DNA of 64,000 nt from Candidatus Hodarchaeota archaeon (GCA_048887225.1 JBHLJY010000003.1:64001-128000); one strand, 5' to 3'. Counted from the first letter of the stretch, positions 9,916 through 19,959 are shown. The notes: a model not told the origin generated them from the sequence alone. Translations and numbers: made by a program.

Positions 9916-10953
9916 ATTAGTAAAATAGGATATTTTGATGCGGATGTCGTAAGCCCCGAAGAGATTTTTATAGCCGCTGGCTTTACTCCTATTAGACTTC
10001 TAGGAGATCCTATGATAGAACATGACAAAGTTAATGAACATATACCTCCTACTCATTGCGTCTGGGCAAAAAATGTCCTTGAACAAGCATTAAGAGGGCT
10101 TAATTCAGATATAAAAGGAGTAGTAACGAGCCATGGTTGCGATTGTACCAACCGGGAGTTTGATATTTGGAGGGAGACTGTTGATATAGATTTCTTGTTT
10201 TATTTGAATGTTCCTTTAAAGAGAGATAAGACCGCATTAAAGTTTTTTATAACAGATCTTAAAGAATTGGTGGTCCAACTAGAAGAGCAATTTAAGGTCA
10301 AGATTGAGTCTGAAAAAATTAAAAATGCCATTAAATTAACGAATCAGATTCGAAGATTGTTGAAAGAAATTTCCGAATATAGGAGCAAAATGATAATTAA
10401 AGGATCAGAATTTCATGAATTAGTTAAACTCTGTCAGACCAGTGAGAAGTTGTATGCTTTAGAAATCTTGAAAAAAAAATTAAAACAATTAAAAAATAAA
10501 ACACCCTTTATAGATAAAAAAATGAAACGGATTTTACTCACTGGTTCTGTTATTGATGACACAGAATTTTTAAAATTCTTAGAAGAAAAAGGATTTCAAG
10601 TAGTAGCAGACGATTTGTGTATTGGTTCAAGGTATTTTTGGAATAGTATTGATGAAGATAGGGATCCAATAGAAGCAATTGCTAAATATCATTTAAGTAA
10701 GCCATTATATTCTACCAAAATGCCCTCATACGATCGCTTTATATTCTTAAAAGAATTAGCCGAAAAATACGAAGTGGATGGAGTTTTAAATATCGTGCAA
10801 AAGTTCTGCGAACCTATGCTTTATGATCATCCATATCTTAACAAAAAATTTAAGGAATTAAAAATCCCTTACACTTTTATCGAAATGTTATATAATAGAG
10901 AACAATTTAAACAACTTTCAACAAGGTTCGAAGCCTTTGCTGAAATAATTTAG
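9916..10953 (+). CDS. 2-hydroxyacyl-CoA dehydratase / benzoyl-CoA-reductase-like subunit (HgdB/FldC family); start extended to ATT at 9916
   Basis: In-frame upstream KIGYF...PEEIFIAAGFTPIRL precedes the tracked ATG at 10012; HGCDC, DDLCIGSR, QKFCEP, TRFEAFAE. Confidence 0.85.
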   Translation: MSKIGYFDADVVSPEEIFIAAGFTPIRLLGDPMIEHDKVNEHIPPTHCVWAKNVLEQALRGLNSDIKGVVTSHGCDCTNREFDIWRETVDIDFLFYLNVPLKRDKTALKFFITDLKELVVQLEEQFKVKIESEKIKNAIKLTNQIRRLLKEISEYRSKMIIKGSEFHELVKLCQTSEKLYALEILKKKLKQLKNKTPFIDKKMKRILLTGSVIDDTEFLKFLEEKGFQVVADDLCIGSRYFWNSIDEDRDPIEAIAKYHLSKPLYSTKMPSYDRFIFLKELAEKYEVDGVLNIVQKFCEPMLYDHPYLNKKFKELKIPYTFIEMLYNREQFKQLSTRFEAFAEII

Positions 10954-10955
10954 AG

Positions 10956-12230
10956 GTGAGAGAGCTGTCAGAAAAGAAAAGTAAGATGTTAAAAGCTACT
11001 TTAGGATTAAAAAATGAAATGGGTAGGCATTACTTAGCTATTGAGCAAGCTTATCGTGATGGTACTCCTACTGCCTGGGCAACTTCAGGCACTCCCGTTG
11101 AGCTTTTATATGCGATGGATGTGCAACCAATGTTACCTGAAAATTCAGCCACAATATCAGCAGCACAAAAATATTCACAAGATTTTGTTGAAATTGCTGA
11201 GCAGGAAGGATTTTCTTATGATATGTGTAGCTATTTTAAAACTAATATTGGCGCTATAATGAGAGATGTAGATGTGTTTAAAGGAGGGATAAGAAAGCCT
11301 ACATTTATGTTATCGAGTGATGTCATTTGTGATACCCATGTTCATTGGTTCCAAGTTCAAGCTGAAAGATTAGGAGGTGTTCCACACTATACCATCGATG
11401 TTCCTCATGTTGTAAGTAATACAAATAGGCGACAATTAGGTTACTTTAAAAAATATGTCGAGGAACAAATATGGGAGCTTTTAGAATTTATAAAGAAACA
11501 CACAGGTAATGATATCGATATGGAAAAGGCAAAAAAAGTCGCAGCTAATTCTTATGAGTTAAGCGAAGTATGGAGAGATATTTACGAGTTAAGAAAGACC
11601 ATCCCTTGTCCCATTAGCACTAAAGATACTTTTGGAGGTTTATTTCCATTATTTACTATGCCTGGCTTAAGATCACCTATTAAATTATATAAGAAAATGT
11701 ATAAAGAAGCAAAGGCAAGGGTAGAAGTTGGACAAGGAGCTCTTGAAAAAGAGGAGTTTAGGCTTATGTTTGAAGGAATCCCTTTCTGGTATAATCTTAA
11801 GTATTTTGCTATGTTAGAAAAATTTAACGCGATTATAGTCTATGAGCCTTACACATTTGCCTTCTCGAAGTTTTTCTCCAATCCATTTGAGACTATTACT
11901 AAAGAACAACTTTTAAATGATCCTATAAAATGTATGAGTTCATTGATGTTAAGCTTCTGGTATATTTTTGATCTCGAAACTAGAGTAAAATGGTTTAAAG
12001 ATACAGTTAGTGCTTGGAAAATTGATGGCGTTTTAATGCATAATAATGTTTCTTGCAGACCAAATACATGTGCTTTCTATGATTTAAAACGACGCTTGAC
12101 GGAAGAAGCAGATATTCCCTGTCTAATCATTGATGGAGATCAAAATGATCCTAGAAAGCTAAATAAAGTTCAAACTGCTAATCAGATTGAAAGTTTTATT
12201 GAAGTTCTTAGAGAAAGGAAGAAAAATTAA
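10956..12230 (+). CDS. 2-hydroxyacyl-CoA dehydratase / benzoyl-CoA-reductase-like subunit (HgdA/BzdO-like)
   Basis: PVELLYAMD, PEN, DMCSY, ICD, SCRP, IDGDQND, IESFIE. Confidence 0.85.
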   Translation: MRELSEKKSKMLKATLGLKNEMGRHYLAIEQAYRDGTPTAWATSGTPVELLYAMDVQPMLPENSATISAAQKYSQDFVEIAEQEGFSYDMCSYFKTNIGAIMRDVDVFKGGIRKPTFMLSSDVICDTHVHWFQVQAERLGGVPHYTIDVPHVVSNTNRRQLGYFKKYVEEQIWELLEFIKKHTGNDIDMEKAKKVAANSYELSEVWRDIYELRKTIPCPISTKDTFGGLFPLFTMPGLRSPIKLYKKMYKEAKARVEVGQGALEKEEFRLMFEGIPFWYNLKYFAMLEKFNAIIVYEPYTFAFSKFFSNPFETITKEQLLNDPIKCMSSLMLSFWYIFDLETRVKWFKDTVSAWKIDGVLMHNNVSCRPNTCAFYDLKRRLTEEADIPCLIIDGDQNDPRKLNKVQTANQIESFIEVLRERKKN

Positions 12231-12283
12231 TATTAAATTCGTTTTTTATCATTTGATATATTTATAGGAGGTATTAACTTAAA

Positions 12284-13588
12284 TTGAGTGAAAAAAGTAA
12301 GAAGTTGTATGAAGATTTAAAGACAAAAATTAATAGATTAAGAGAACAAGGAACTAAGGAAAAACAATTTGTGGATTTTTGGAGGTTAGCTTGTACTGCT
12401 AAATACAAATCTCATGATATGAGGTATTTATATGATGATACAAGCCGAGAATTCATTGAAAAACACAGAAATCAATTAATAAAGATTAGAGAAGACTTCG
12501 TTGAAAATCTTGATTATTATGTGGAAAAATGTATAGAACGGATGAGACAAACTAATAAATTCAGAGTTTATTACGCAAAAACTAACGAAGAAGCTCATAA
12601 AATGTTTATGGAAGAGCTAGGAGATGAAACCAAAATTTATAAATCTGTTTCTAACGAAGCAAAAGATATCGGACTAATTGAATTTTTAAACAAAAACGAG
12701 ATTGAAATTAAAGAAACTGCAATAGGGGATATTCTTGCCCGTTTACTTGATTATAAATTACCAACATATCAATTAGGTTCCAGTGTTCATTTTAGCGTAG
12801 AGGAAATTGTTGCGAAAATTAAAAAGGAATATAACGTTGATATCGAACCAAAAAGTGAAGCTATATTAAAATATTATAGAGACAATTATCGTCCAGAAAT
12901 AGTTAATAATGTAAAGGTTTCGTTAACATCTGCTAATGCCATTGCTGCTGATGATGGGAGTATTTTTATTGGAGAAAACACTGGAAATATAAGTTTGATA
13001 ACAAGATTGGCCGAAAAGCATATCGTTGCAGTTGGAATCACTAAAATCGTTCCAACATCTTTTGATGCCTTTCTTGTAACAAAGACTCTATCTAGAATAA
13101 ATAAAACATCTATGGCATATCTTAGTATAATTTCAGCACCTTCAAATACGTCAAGCATTCAAGGTAAAACTACTCAAGGAGCCTTTGGTGCAAGAGATGT
13201 GGTTGTAATCTTTGTGGACGAATGGCGTAGGAATGCAGTCGAAAAAAACCTTATATATAAGGATTTTTTAAAATGTATCAGTTGTAAAAGCTGTAGCTTC
13301 GTTTGCACTGCCTCTCGAGCCTTTGGTAACATTTTTGCAAGCAAATATGGATTGGGTGCTACAGCGATTATTAGAGAATATATCCACAATGGAATCGAAG
13401 CTGCTGTGAATTCTGGATTATTTCTATGCACCGGCTGCGATAATTGTTATAAATGGTGCCCCGTTGGTGTAAATTTAAGAGAAATAATGACAAATATAAA
13501 GAAAGAAGCAATTGAAAAGGATTTATGTCCACCACCTTTAATGGACTATAGAAAAAATATTCTTGTAAACAAAAATCCATTTAAATAA
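12284..13588 (+). CDS. LUD-domain iron-sulfur protein (LutB/LldF-like)
   Basis: YYAKT.EEA, ETAIG, ANAIAADDG, ENTGN, KIVP; CISCKSCSFVC and CTGCDNCYKWCP. Confidence 0.85.
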   Translation: MSEKSKKLYEDLKTKINRLREQGTKEKQFVDFWRLACTAKYKSHDMRYLYDDTSREFIEKHRNQLIKIREDFVENLDYYVEKCIERMRQTNKFRVYYAKTNEEAHKMFMEELGDETKIYKSVSNEAKDIGLIEFLNKNEIEIKETAIGDILARLLDYKLPTYQLGSSVHFSVEEIVAKIKKEYNVDIEPKSEAILKYYRDNYRPEIVNNVKVSLTSANAIAADDGSIFIGENTGNISLITRLAEKHIVAVGITKIVPTSFDAFLVTKTLSRINKTSMAYLSIISAPSNTSSIQGKTTQGAFGARDVVVIFVDEWRRNAVEKNLIYKDFLKCISCKSCSFVCTASRAFGNIFASKYGLGATAIIREYIHNGIEAAVNSGLFLCTGCDNCYKWCPVGVNLREIMTNIKKEAIEKDLCPPPLMDYRKNILVNKNPFK

Positions 13589-13604
13589 GTTAAGAAAAAA
13601 GATT

Positions 13605-13622
13605 TAATTTTTTTTTCTTTTG
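13605..13622 (+). terminator. Oligo-U tract, probable archaeal terminator
   Basis: T-run immediately after the LutB-like stop codon. Confidence 0.35.
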
Positions 13623-13645
13623 AAATTCTTTCGATAGGAGGATAT

Positions 13646-13723
13646 ATGCTATATTTCACAACATGGGAAAAGAAAAAAGTTTTAAAAACTAGCATCAAAA
13701 AAAATGAAAAATTTATATACTAA
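13646..13723 (+). CDS. Candidate 25-aa small ORF (MLYFTTWEKKKVLKTSIKKNEKFIY)
   Basis: AGGAGG at 13636-13641 followed by ATG; not in the ORF track; may be spurious. Confidence 0.2.
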   Translation: MLYFTTWEKKKVLKTSIKKNEKFIY

Positions 13724-13803
13724 AAGATTGAAAGAAATCTAATAATTGATTAAATTTTTTGAAAAAATACAAAGAGATATGAAAAACAAGAGATGTTATT
13801 AAA

Positions 13804-15063
13804 ATGTCAAAGCTTGATGCGTTAGCTAAGAGAAAAGCGGAAAAAGGAGAAGAAACATTATTAAGATCTAAAGGATATCTTTTATTTATCATTATATATA
13901 TGGGATTAATCGGTTTAATGGATAATTATTTAGCTTTAATTGAGAATGTTGCCTTTTATTATGTTATGGAGGATTTCGGAGTATCACCAGCCGAACTCGC
14001 ATTCTGGCAAGGTATATATGGGATTATTTCGTTTGGAGTTTTCTTAATAGGTTGGTTCTCTGATTCTTTTGGGAGAAAAAAGGGAATGTTACTTTTAATT
14101 TTAGTGATGGGTATTCCTGCACTTTTAATTGGGTTGATCTCTATTACATTTCATTTGTTTATGCTCTTATACGCATTTGTTACATTTGGCACCATATCTA
14201 ATCTGTGGGAGGTACCCATAACAGAAGAAGCACCAGCTGAAAAGCGTGGAACTTATGGAGGATTGGTCACTCTCTTAAGTTTAATCCCATTATATGCATT
14301 TGTTGGAGTAGCCATCGCTACAAATTTAGGATGGCGATGGACTTATGGTATAATGTTTTTCTTCATGATAATCCTTTTGATTCCACTAATTTTTATGAAA
14401 GAACCAAAGAGATGGTTGGATGCTAAAGAGGAAAGAGGTCATAAATTTCTTAAACTAAAAACTGCTATAAAATCTTTAAATAGAAAAGATGTTATATATA
14501 TACTCCTCGCAACTTTGGTATATGGTACCTGGGGTGTGGTTTTCAAATTAAGTTCAACTTGGGGTATGCACTACTATGTGAATGTTGTTGGTTACTCAGA
14601 GGCAGACTATAGTAGAGTATTAATGGTTGCAGGGTTGTGTATATTAGGAGGCGCAATAACAGCAGGCATATTATTGGACAAAATAGGAAGAAAAATAACG
14701 CTGATTGTTGGATGTAGTGGTTCTGTGATAGGTTTTATCTTTCTTGGAATTACTGCTTTACCAATTTTCGTTTGGATGGTTTACTTTTTTATGGCTCTGA
14801 CATTTGTATGGATCATGGTTTATTTCGCAGAAATCTTCCCTAACGAAATTAGATCAACGGCCACTGGTATCACTGCGTCTACAGCTCGAGTTTCCTATGT
14901 AATGGGCCCTTTGTTAGCATCTGTTTTACTGTTAATATTTCCCACAATGGAGTGGTATTGGATAATAGCTGGCATGCTCATGCTTATTCCTTTGCTTTCT
15001 CTATTAGCAAAACCTTACGAAACAAAAGGTAAGACATTAGAAGAGATTCAAGAAAAGAGATAA
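13804..15063 (+). CDS. MFS transporter (SV2/aromatic acid-like)
   Basis: SDSFGRK, EEAPAEKRG, LDKIGRK, EIFPNEIRST, PYETKGKTLEEI. Confidence 0.9.
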   Translation: MSKLDALAKRKAEKGEETLLRSKGYLLFIIIYMGLIGLMDNYLALIENVAFYYVMEDFGVSPAELAFWQGIYGIISFGVFLIGWFSDSFGRKKGMLLLILVMGIPALLIGLISITFHLFMLLYAFVTFGTISNLWEVPITEEAPAEKRGTYGGLVTLLSLIPLYAFVGVAIATNLGWRWTYGIMFFFMIILLIPLIFMKEPKRWLDAKEERGHKFLKLKTAIKSLNRKDVIYILLATLVYGTWGVVFKLSSTWGMHYYVNVVGYSEADYSRVLMVAGLCILGGAITAGILLDKIGRKITLIVGCSGSVIGFIFLGITALPIFVWMVYFFMALTFVWIMVYFAEIFPNEIRSTATGITASTARVSYVMGPLLASVLLLIFPTMEWYWIIAGMLMLIPLLSLLAKPYETKGKTLEEIQEKR

Positions 15064-15089
15064 AAATTGTAACTTTTTTTTCATAATTA

Positions 15090-15464
15090 TTAAAAAAATT
15101 GGTTCGCAATTTTAACATGTGGGCTGGGTGTTAAAATTAGGTATTGATCGCCTATTCGACCAATAGATCCACCGCGCATTTCTAAGAATGATTTAATTTC
15201 CTCTATACAATATTTTAATTCTTGAATTGGAATTTTATTATTTTCGAGAAGTTCTTTTGCATTGATCACTAATATTTTTCTTCCCAAAAGTTGTTGTTTT
15301 ATATCTTCTAGCTGCTCAATTGACTGGAACTTATATTTTTTAATTAAGAATTTTTGAATCATATATGGAACTTGAAGATAGTTTCTCTCTTTCGCAAAAC
15401 CAAGTGTCTCATGAGGAGATCCATCTCCTAAAATGTCATCATATTCTTTTTTCCAAAATTTCAT
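15090..15464 (-). CDS. sepF: Archaeal cell division protein SepF (DUF552)
   Basis: KILVIN...LKYCIEEIK...GGSIGRIGDQYLILTPSPHVKI. Confidence 0.75.
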   Translation of the reverse strand: MKFWKKEYDDILGDGSPHETLGFAKERNYLQVPYMIQKFLIKKYKFQSIEQLEDIKQQLLGRKILVINAKELLENNKIPIQELKYCIEEIKSFLEMRGGSIGRIGDQYLILTPSPHVKIANQFF

Positions 15465-15856
15465 TTTTAACCTTCACACACCATAACCTTTATTTTAAAT
15501 TTTATTATTACAAGGATATTTTTAATTTAAAGATATTTAAAGGGATGAGTTATCGGGATGTATTCTTAAAAAGTATACATATATGATGTTGAAGATAATA
15601 AGAGTAATATTGAGATCTTATTAAAAGATAATCAATTATAATTTTTTTTCTAAAATCTATGGTTACAGTTAATATCGCTAATATTTTAAAAAATATAACA
15701 TCTAAATATTACAGATGAAGTTTTAATATTAATAAATAGAGCTTTAAATCAAATTAAAATGTATAAATAACCTTACGATAAATTTATCATTAACAATAAA
15801 TTTTATTAAAAGTCCTAAAAAGTCAATTAAAATTAAAAATTACGAATAAAAAGAAA

Positions 15857-16318
15857 ATGACCGAAAAAGTAATTATAACAAATAAAGGGATGGTACGAGC
15901 AGAATTTAATTTCTGGGTCGGAAAATATATGGATAAATTCTACGATAACTTAGAAAATAAGAAGATAATAGGAAATAAATGTACGAAATGCGGAGTTGTT
16001 TTTGTACCGCCGAGAAAAATCTGTGGTAATTGTAATTTAGTAATTTCACTCGACCAAAACTGGGTTGATTTACCTAATACTGGTACTTTAATGAATTATA
16101 CAATTACACCCTATAAAGTCACCGAAAGAGGTTCAAGAAACGTAAAAAAGGGGCAGATAATAGGGCTGATAAATATTGACGGGAGCAATACAGGGATAGT
16201 TTATAAGTTATTGAATATGGAACCTGGAGAGGTTAAAACAGGGATGAAAGTCAAAATAGAATGGGCTGAAAAAACAAAAGGGGCCCCTTCAGATATAAAA
16301 GGGTTCGTAAAGGCGTGA
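15857..16318 (+). CDS. DUF35 Zn-ribbon/OB-fold acyl-CoA-binding protein
   Basis: KIIGNKCTKCG.VFVPPR.ICGNC, GTLMNYT, GMKVKIEW. Confidence 0.9.
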   Translation: MTEKVIITNKGMVRAEFNFWVGKYMDKFYDNLENKKIIGNKCTKCGVVFVPPRKICGNCNLVISLDQNWVDLPNTGTLMNYTITPYKVTERGSRNVKKGQIIGLINIDGSNTGIVYKLLNMEPGEVKTGMKVKIEWAEKTKGAPSDIKGFVKA

Positions 16319-16332
16319 GGTGGTAAAGTCAA

Positions 16333-17475
16333 ATGGAAAAAGTAGGAATTGTAGGTTATAATCAAGTCAAATTATCATCAGACGCGAATTATGGTCGTTA
16401 TGAAATGATCTTTGAGGCTGTTAGAGGAGCAATTGACAAAGCAGGCTTAAAAAAGAAGGATATAACTACAGTTATCTCTTGTACAAATGATTATTACGAT
16501 GGGCGGACGATTTCAAATTGTTTTACAGTTGAAGTTGGAGGGGGCTACATGGCAGATGAGAGTAAAGTGGAGATGGATGGTGCACATGGTGTTTTATATG
16601 GATTAATGCGTATATTATCTGGTAATCATAAACTAGCTGTGGTGTGGGGTGGAAGCATGGCTTCTTGCTTTCCATATCACACGACAAAATTATATGAAAC
16701 AGATCCAACATGGGAACGACCAACACAATTAGTAAATGATATAACAGCCAGCGGATTTCAAATGAGGGCTTACATGGAAAAATTTGGTGTAAGTGCTGAA
16801 AATATAGCAAAGGTGGCTGTTAAAAATAGGAAAAACGCAGCTAAAAATATTTTAGCATTACCAGAAGCACAAAATCCTAATTTATCTGTTCAAGATGTAT
16901 TAAATTCTGATAATTACGCAGATCCTGTCACTGAATTAATGGTTGCTCAGCCTTGTGATGGCGTCGCTGCACTATTGTTAGCTCCTGAACAGCAAGCCCG
17001 AAAAATCACGGATAAGCCCGTATGGATTACTGGCGTAGGATGGTCTCAAGATACTTATTATTTAGGCGATCGAGATTTATCTACAATTAAATCAATGGAA
17101 ATTGCGGGCAAAAAAGCATTTGAAATGGCGGGGCTTAATAATCCTCGAAGTCAAATAGATGTAGCTGAATTATTTGAAGCATATGCGCATGAAGAATTAA
17201 TTATGGCCGAAGCTTTAGGTTTGGCCGAGAAAGGCAAAGGATCAAGTTTAAACTCTGAAATTGGCGGTGAATTTCCAATCAATCCTTCAGGTGGTGCAAT
17301 TGGTGGTAATCCTCTTTGTGCTACAGGAATAATCAGGATCATAGAAGCAGTTAAACAACTCAGGGGGGAAGCTAATGGTTATCAAGTAAGTGGTGTTAAA
17401 AGGGCAATAGCTTCGGGACAAATCGGTATGTGTGCTCAAAATAATATATTATATGTATTGGAGGGAGATAATTAA
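16333..17475 (+). CDS. SCP2-type thiolase-fold protein, Ltp4-like (no catalytic Cys)
   Basis: DYYDGRTIS, ESKVEMDG, CDGVAALLL, DVAEL, INPSGG. Confidence 0.82.
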   Translation: MEKVGIVGYNQVKLSSDANYGRYEMIFEAVRGAIDKAGLKKKDITTVISCTNDYYDGRTISNCFTVEVGGGYMADESKVEMDGAHGVLYGLMRILSGNHKLAVVWGGSMASCFPYHTTKLYETDPTWERPTQLVNDITASGFQMRAYMEKFGVSAENIAKVAVKNRKNAAKNILALPEAQNPNLSVQDVLNSDNYADPVTELMVAQPCDGVAALLLAPEQQARKITDKPVWITGVGWSQDTYYLGDRDLSTIKSMEIAGKKAFEMAGLNNPRSQIDVAELFEAYAHEELIMAEALGLAEKGKGSSLNSEIGGEFPINPSGGAIGGNPLCATGIIRIIEAVKQLRGEANGYQVSGVKRAIASGQIGMCAQNNILYVLEGDN

Positions 17476-17477
17476 TA

Positions 17478-18725
17478 ATGGGAAGACAAGTATGTTGTAT
17501 AAGTGCAGGTTTTTCAGAACATGCTTCTAAACGCTCTGATGTAAGTATGCCTGAATTAATCAATGAAGCTATTCAGGATTGCATGAAGAAAATTCCAAGC
17601 ATTGGTTTGGATGATATAGATGCTTTTGTTAATGGAAATATGCCCGCTTTTGAGGGTTCTAATATTCCTGAATTATGGATGACTGATTGGTTGGGAGCGA
17701 GAAATAAACCATTAATGCGAGTAACAACTGGAGGTACAACTGGGGGGACAGTCGCTATTTGTGGATATTATAATGTTGCCGCAGGAATACCTGGTGTTGA
17801 TACTGTGTTAGCTATCGCATTTGAACAGCAAAGTCAAGGTGATACAAGCTTAGGTCTTGCAAGTGTTGCACTAGGTGAAATATCAATACTTAACACTTTA
17901 GGGATAACTTATGAACAGCTTACACGTTTATTATCTGCTGGTGCAGCTATAGGAGTTGCTGCTTATCAAGCTACTACCTATATGAATAAAACAAGGATAA
18001 CTGAGGAAGATTTAGCAAGAGTTGTCGTTCAAAATAGGAGAAATGCTGCAAAAACGTGGTGGGCTCACTTAAGAATGCCAAATCTTACAATTGAAGATGT
18101 TTTAGATACTCCATATATTCAATATCCGTTGCGTTATGGGATGGTTTGTCCTTCGTCCGATGGAGCTTGCGCAATGTTATTTACAACGGAAGAAAAAGCT
18201 AAAGAATGGGCTGACATCCCTGTTTATGTAAATGGTGTGGCTAGTGTTGCTAATGAAACAGCTATACTTGGATATGATGGAGCAGGTTCAGCGCAAATTG
18301 ATCCTTCAACTCAATTAGGTGCCATGAAATCAGCAGAATTGGCTTATAATCAAGCTGGAATCTCATTTCCGAGAAAGGAAATTGATTACGCTGAAGTTTA
18401 TGCCCCTTTCCCAAATCAGGAACTCATGTGGGTAGAAAAATTAGGTTTATTCGAAGAAACTACGGCTCCACAAATGTATGAAACAGGTGTGACAGCTCTA
18501 AATGGTGAACTTCCAGTATGTTGTACAGGGGGTGTTGTTTCTACAAACGCAATCGGCGCTAGTGCTATGGAGCGACCCGCTGATGCAGCTTTGCAAATAA
18601 TGGGAAAATCAGCCAACCAAGTTCCAAAGACGGTACATACATCCATTGGACATGGATGGGGTGGATCGCTTAATTTATGTACACTTATGGTATTTTCGGA
18701 TGAACCAAAAAGAAAATGGAGGTAA
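17478..18725 (+). CDS. SCP2-type thiolase-fold protein, Ltp3-like
   Basis: KRSDVSMPELINEAI, FEG..PELW, KPLMRV.TGG..GG, CPSSDGACA, SNA/TNAIGASAM, HGWGG. Confidence 0.82.
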   Translation: MGRQVCCISAGFSEHASKRSDVSMPELINEAIQDCMKKIPSIGLDDIDAFVNGNMPAFEGSNIPELWMTDWLGARNKPLMRVTTGGTTGGTVAICGYYNVAAGIPGVDTVLAIAFEQQSQGDTSLGLASVALGEISILNTLGITYEQLTRLLSAGAAIGVAAYQATTYMNKTRITEEDLARVVVQNRRNAAKTWWAHLRMPNLTIEDVLDTPYIQYPLRYGMVCPSSDGACAMLFTTEEKAKEWADIPVYVNGVASVANETAILGYDGAGSAQIDPSTQLGAMKSAELAYNQAGISFPRKEIDYAEVYAPFPNQELMWVEKLGLFEETTAPQMYETGVTALNGELPVCCTGGVVSTNAIGASAMERPADAALQIMGKSANQVPKTVHTSIGHGWGGSLNLCTLMVFSDEPKRKWR

Positions 18726-18731
18726 AATGTA

Positions 18732-19265
18732 ATGTCAGAAAAGAAATTATCTAAAAGAACAGAAAGAAAAGCTTTAGATTATATTAAGAAGGATTATGTA
18801 AGAACAAGAGCAATGCCTGGCGCATGGTATTTATCAAGTTACAAATTTAAATTCAATATAACTCATATGCAACCTTTCTTAAAGAAATTGAAAGATAAGA
18901 AACTTGTTGGAAATCGATGTTCTGGATGCAATAGAATATTTTTCCCTCCAAGACAAGTGTGCGGAGAATGTCTATTAAAACCAGATAGATGGGTTGATAT
19001 CAGAGAAACTGCCAATGTTTCTACTTACGCTATTGCATATCTTAAGAATGCTGAAACAGGTGAGACTGAGGAAAAACCAATGGTCCTGATTCAGCATGAT
19101 GGCTCAGACACTTGCTCAGTAGCTGAATTAGCTCTCAATATTGATGTCAAGGATACTTATATAAATATGCCAATAAAGGTTCATTGGCGCGATGAAAGAA
19201 CAGGTGGATTAATGGATATCGAGTATTACGATAAGATAGAAGATGATTCGAAGGATATAGACTAA
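18732..19265 (+). CDS. DUF35 Zn-ribbon/OB-fold acyl-CoA-binding protein
   Basis: KLVGNRCSGC.RIFFPPRQVCGEC, VHWRDERTG. Confidence 0.88.
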   Translation: MSEKKLSKRTERKALDYIKKDYVRTRAMPGAWYLSSYKFKFNITHMQPFLKKLKDKKLVGNRCSGCNRIFFPPRQVCGECLLKPDRWVDIRETANVSTYAIAYLKNAETGETEEKPMVLIQHDGSDTCSVAELALNIDVKDTYINMPIKVHWRDERTGGLMDIEYYDKIEDDSKDID

Positions 19266-19314
19266 CATTAATAAAACTAAATTTATTCTTTTTTAATTAT
19301 CTTTTTTTAAATAA

Positions 19315-19959
19315 TTATCGCCAAAAGTGGATTATTGGAGAAAAAGTTTCACCTAACCAATAAAAAAAAGATATCCAATAAATACAAGTTAAACCTAGAT
19401 ATAAAAGTCCAAAAAGGGCTCCAAATAGAAATCCAAATAATACATCAGTTGGGAAGTGAGCACCCAATATCAATCGAGTTATTGCCACAATTACATCAAG
19501 TATAATAAAAATTAATAAAATTATCCAATTCTGGAAGAAAAAAGCAAATATTATCCCAAAAAACAATAAAAAAGTAACATGTCCAGAAGGAAATGATTTA
19601 TCTTCTCTAATTAATTCATCGTGCTGTTTGACTCCTTCTTCTTCTAATTTTACATAAGGTCGGTTTCTTTTTACAATTTTATAACGAATAATAATGTGAA
19701 GTATTATGCTTTGAATAAATCCGCCAGTAAATAAAACAAAAAGATAATAATCTTTAGTAATATAACCATAAATAGCCCAAATAAGCCAAATTAAACCCCA
19801 AAATTGCATATTGGCGATGAATGAGAAAATTTTAGCAAACAATATAATTCTTTTTCCTTTAAGAAATTTATTTTTATAAAGTTTAAGAAATGTTTTTTTA
19901 TCCCACTCATTAATTCTTTGAATTATCCCTCTTGAAGAAGTCTTTTCTGATAATATCAT
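19315..19959 (-). CDS. PAP2 family membrane phosphatase
   Basis: KRNRP, SFPSGH, TRLILGAHFPTDV. Confidence 0.92.
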   Translation of the reverse strand: MILSEKTSSRGIIQRINEWDKKTFLKLYKNKFLKGKRIILFAKIFSFIANMQFWGLIWLIWAIYGYITKDYYLFVLFTGGFIQSIILHIIIRYKIVKRNRPYVKLEEEGVKQHDELIREDKSFPSGHVTFLLFFGIIFAFFFQNWIILLIFIILDVIVAITRLILGAHFPTDVLFGFLFGALFGLLYLGLTCIYWISFFYWLGETFSPIIHFWR

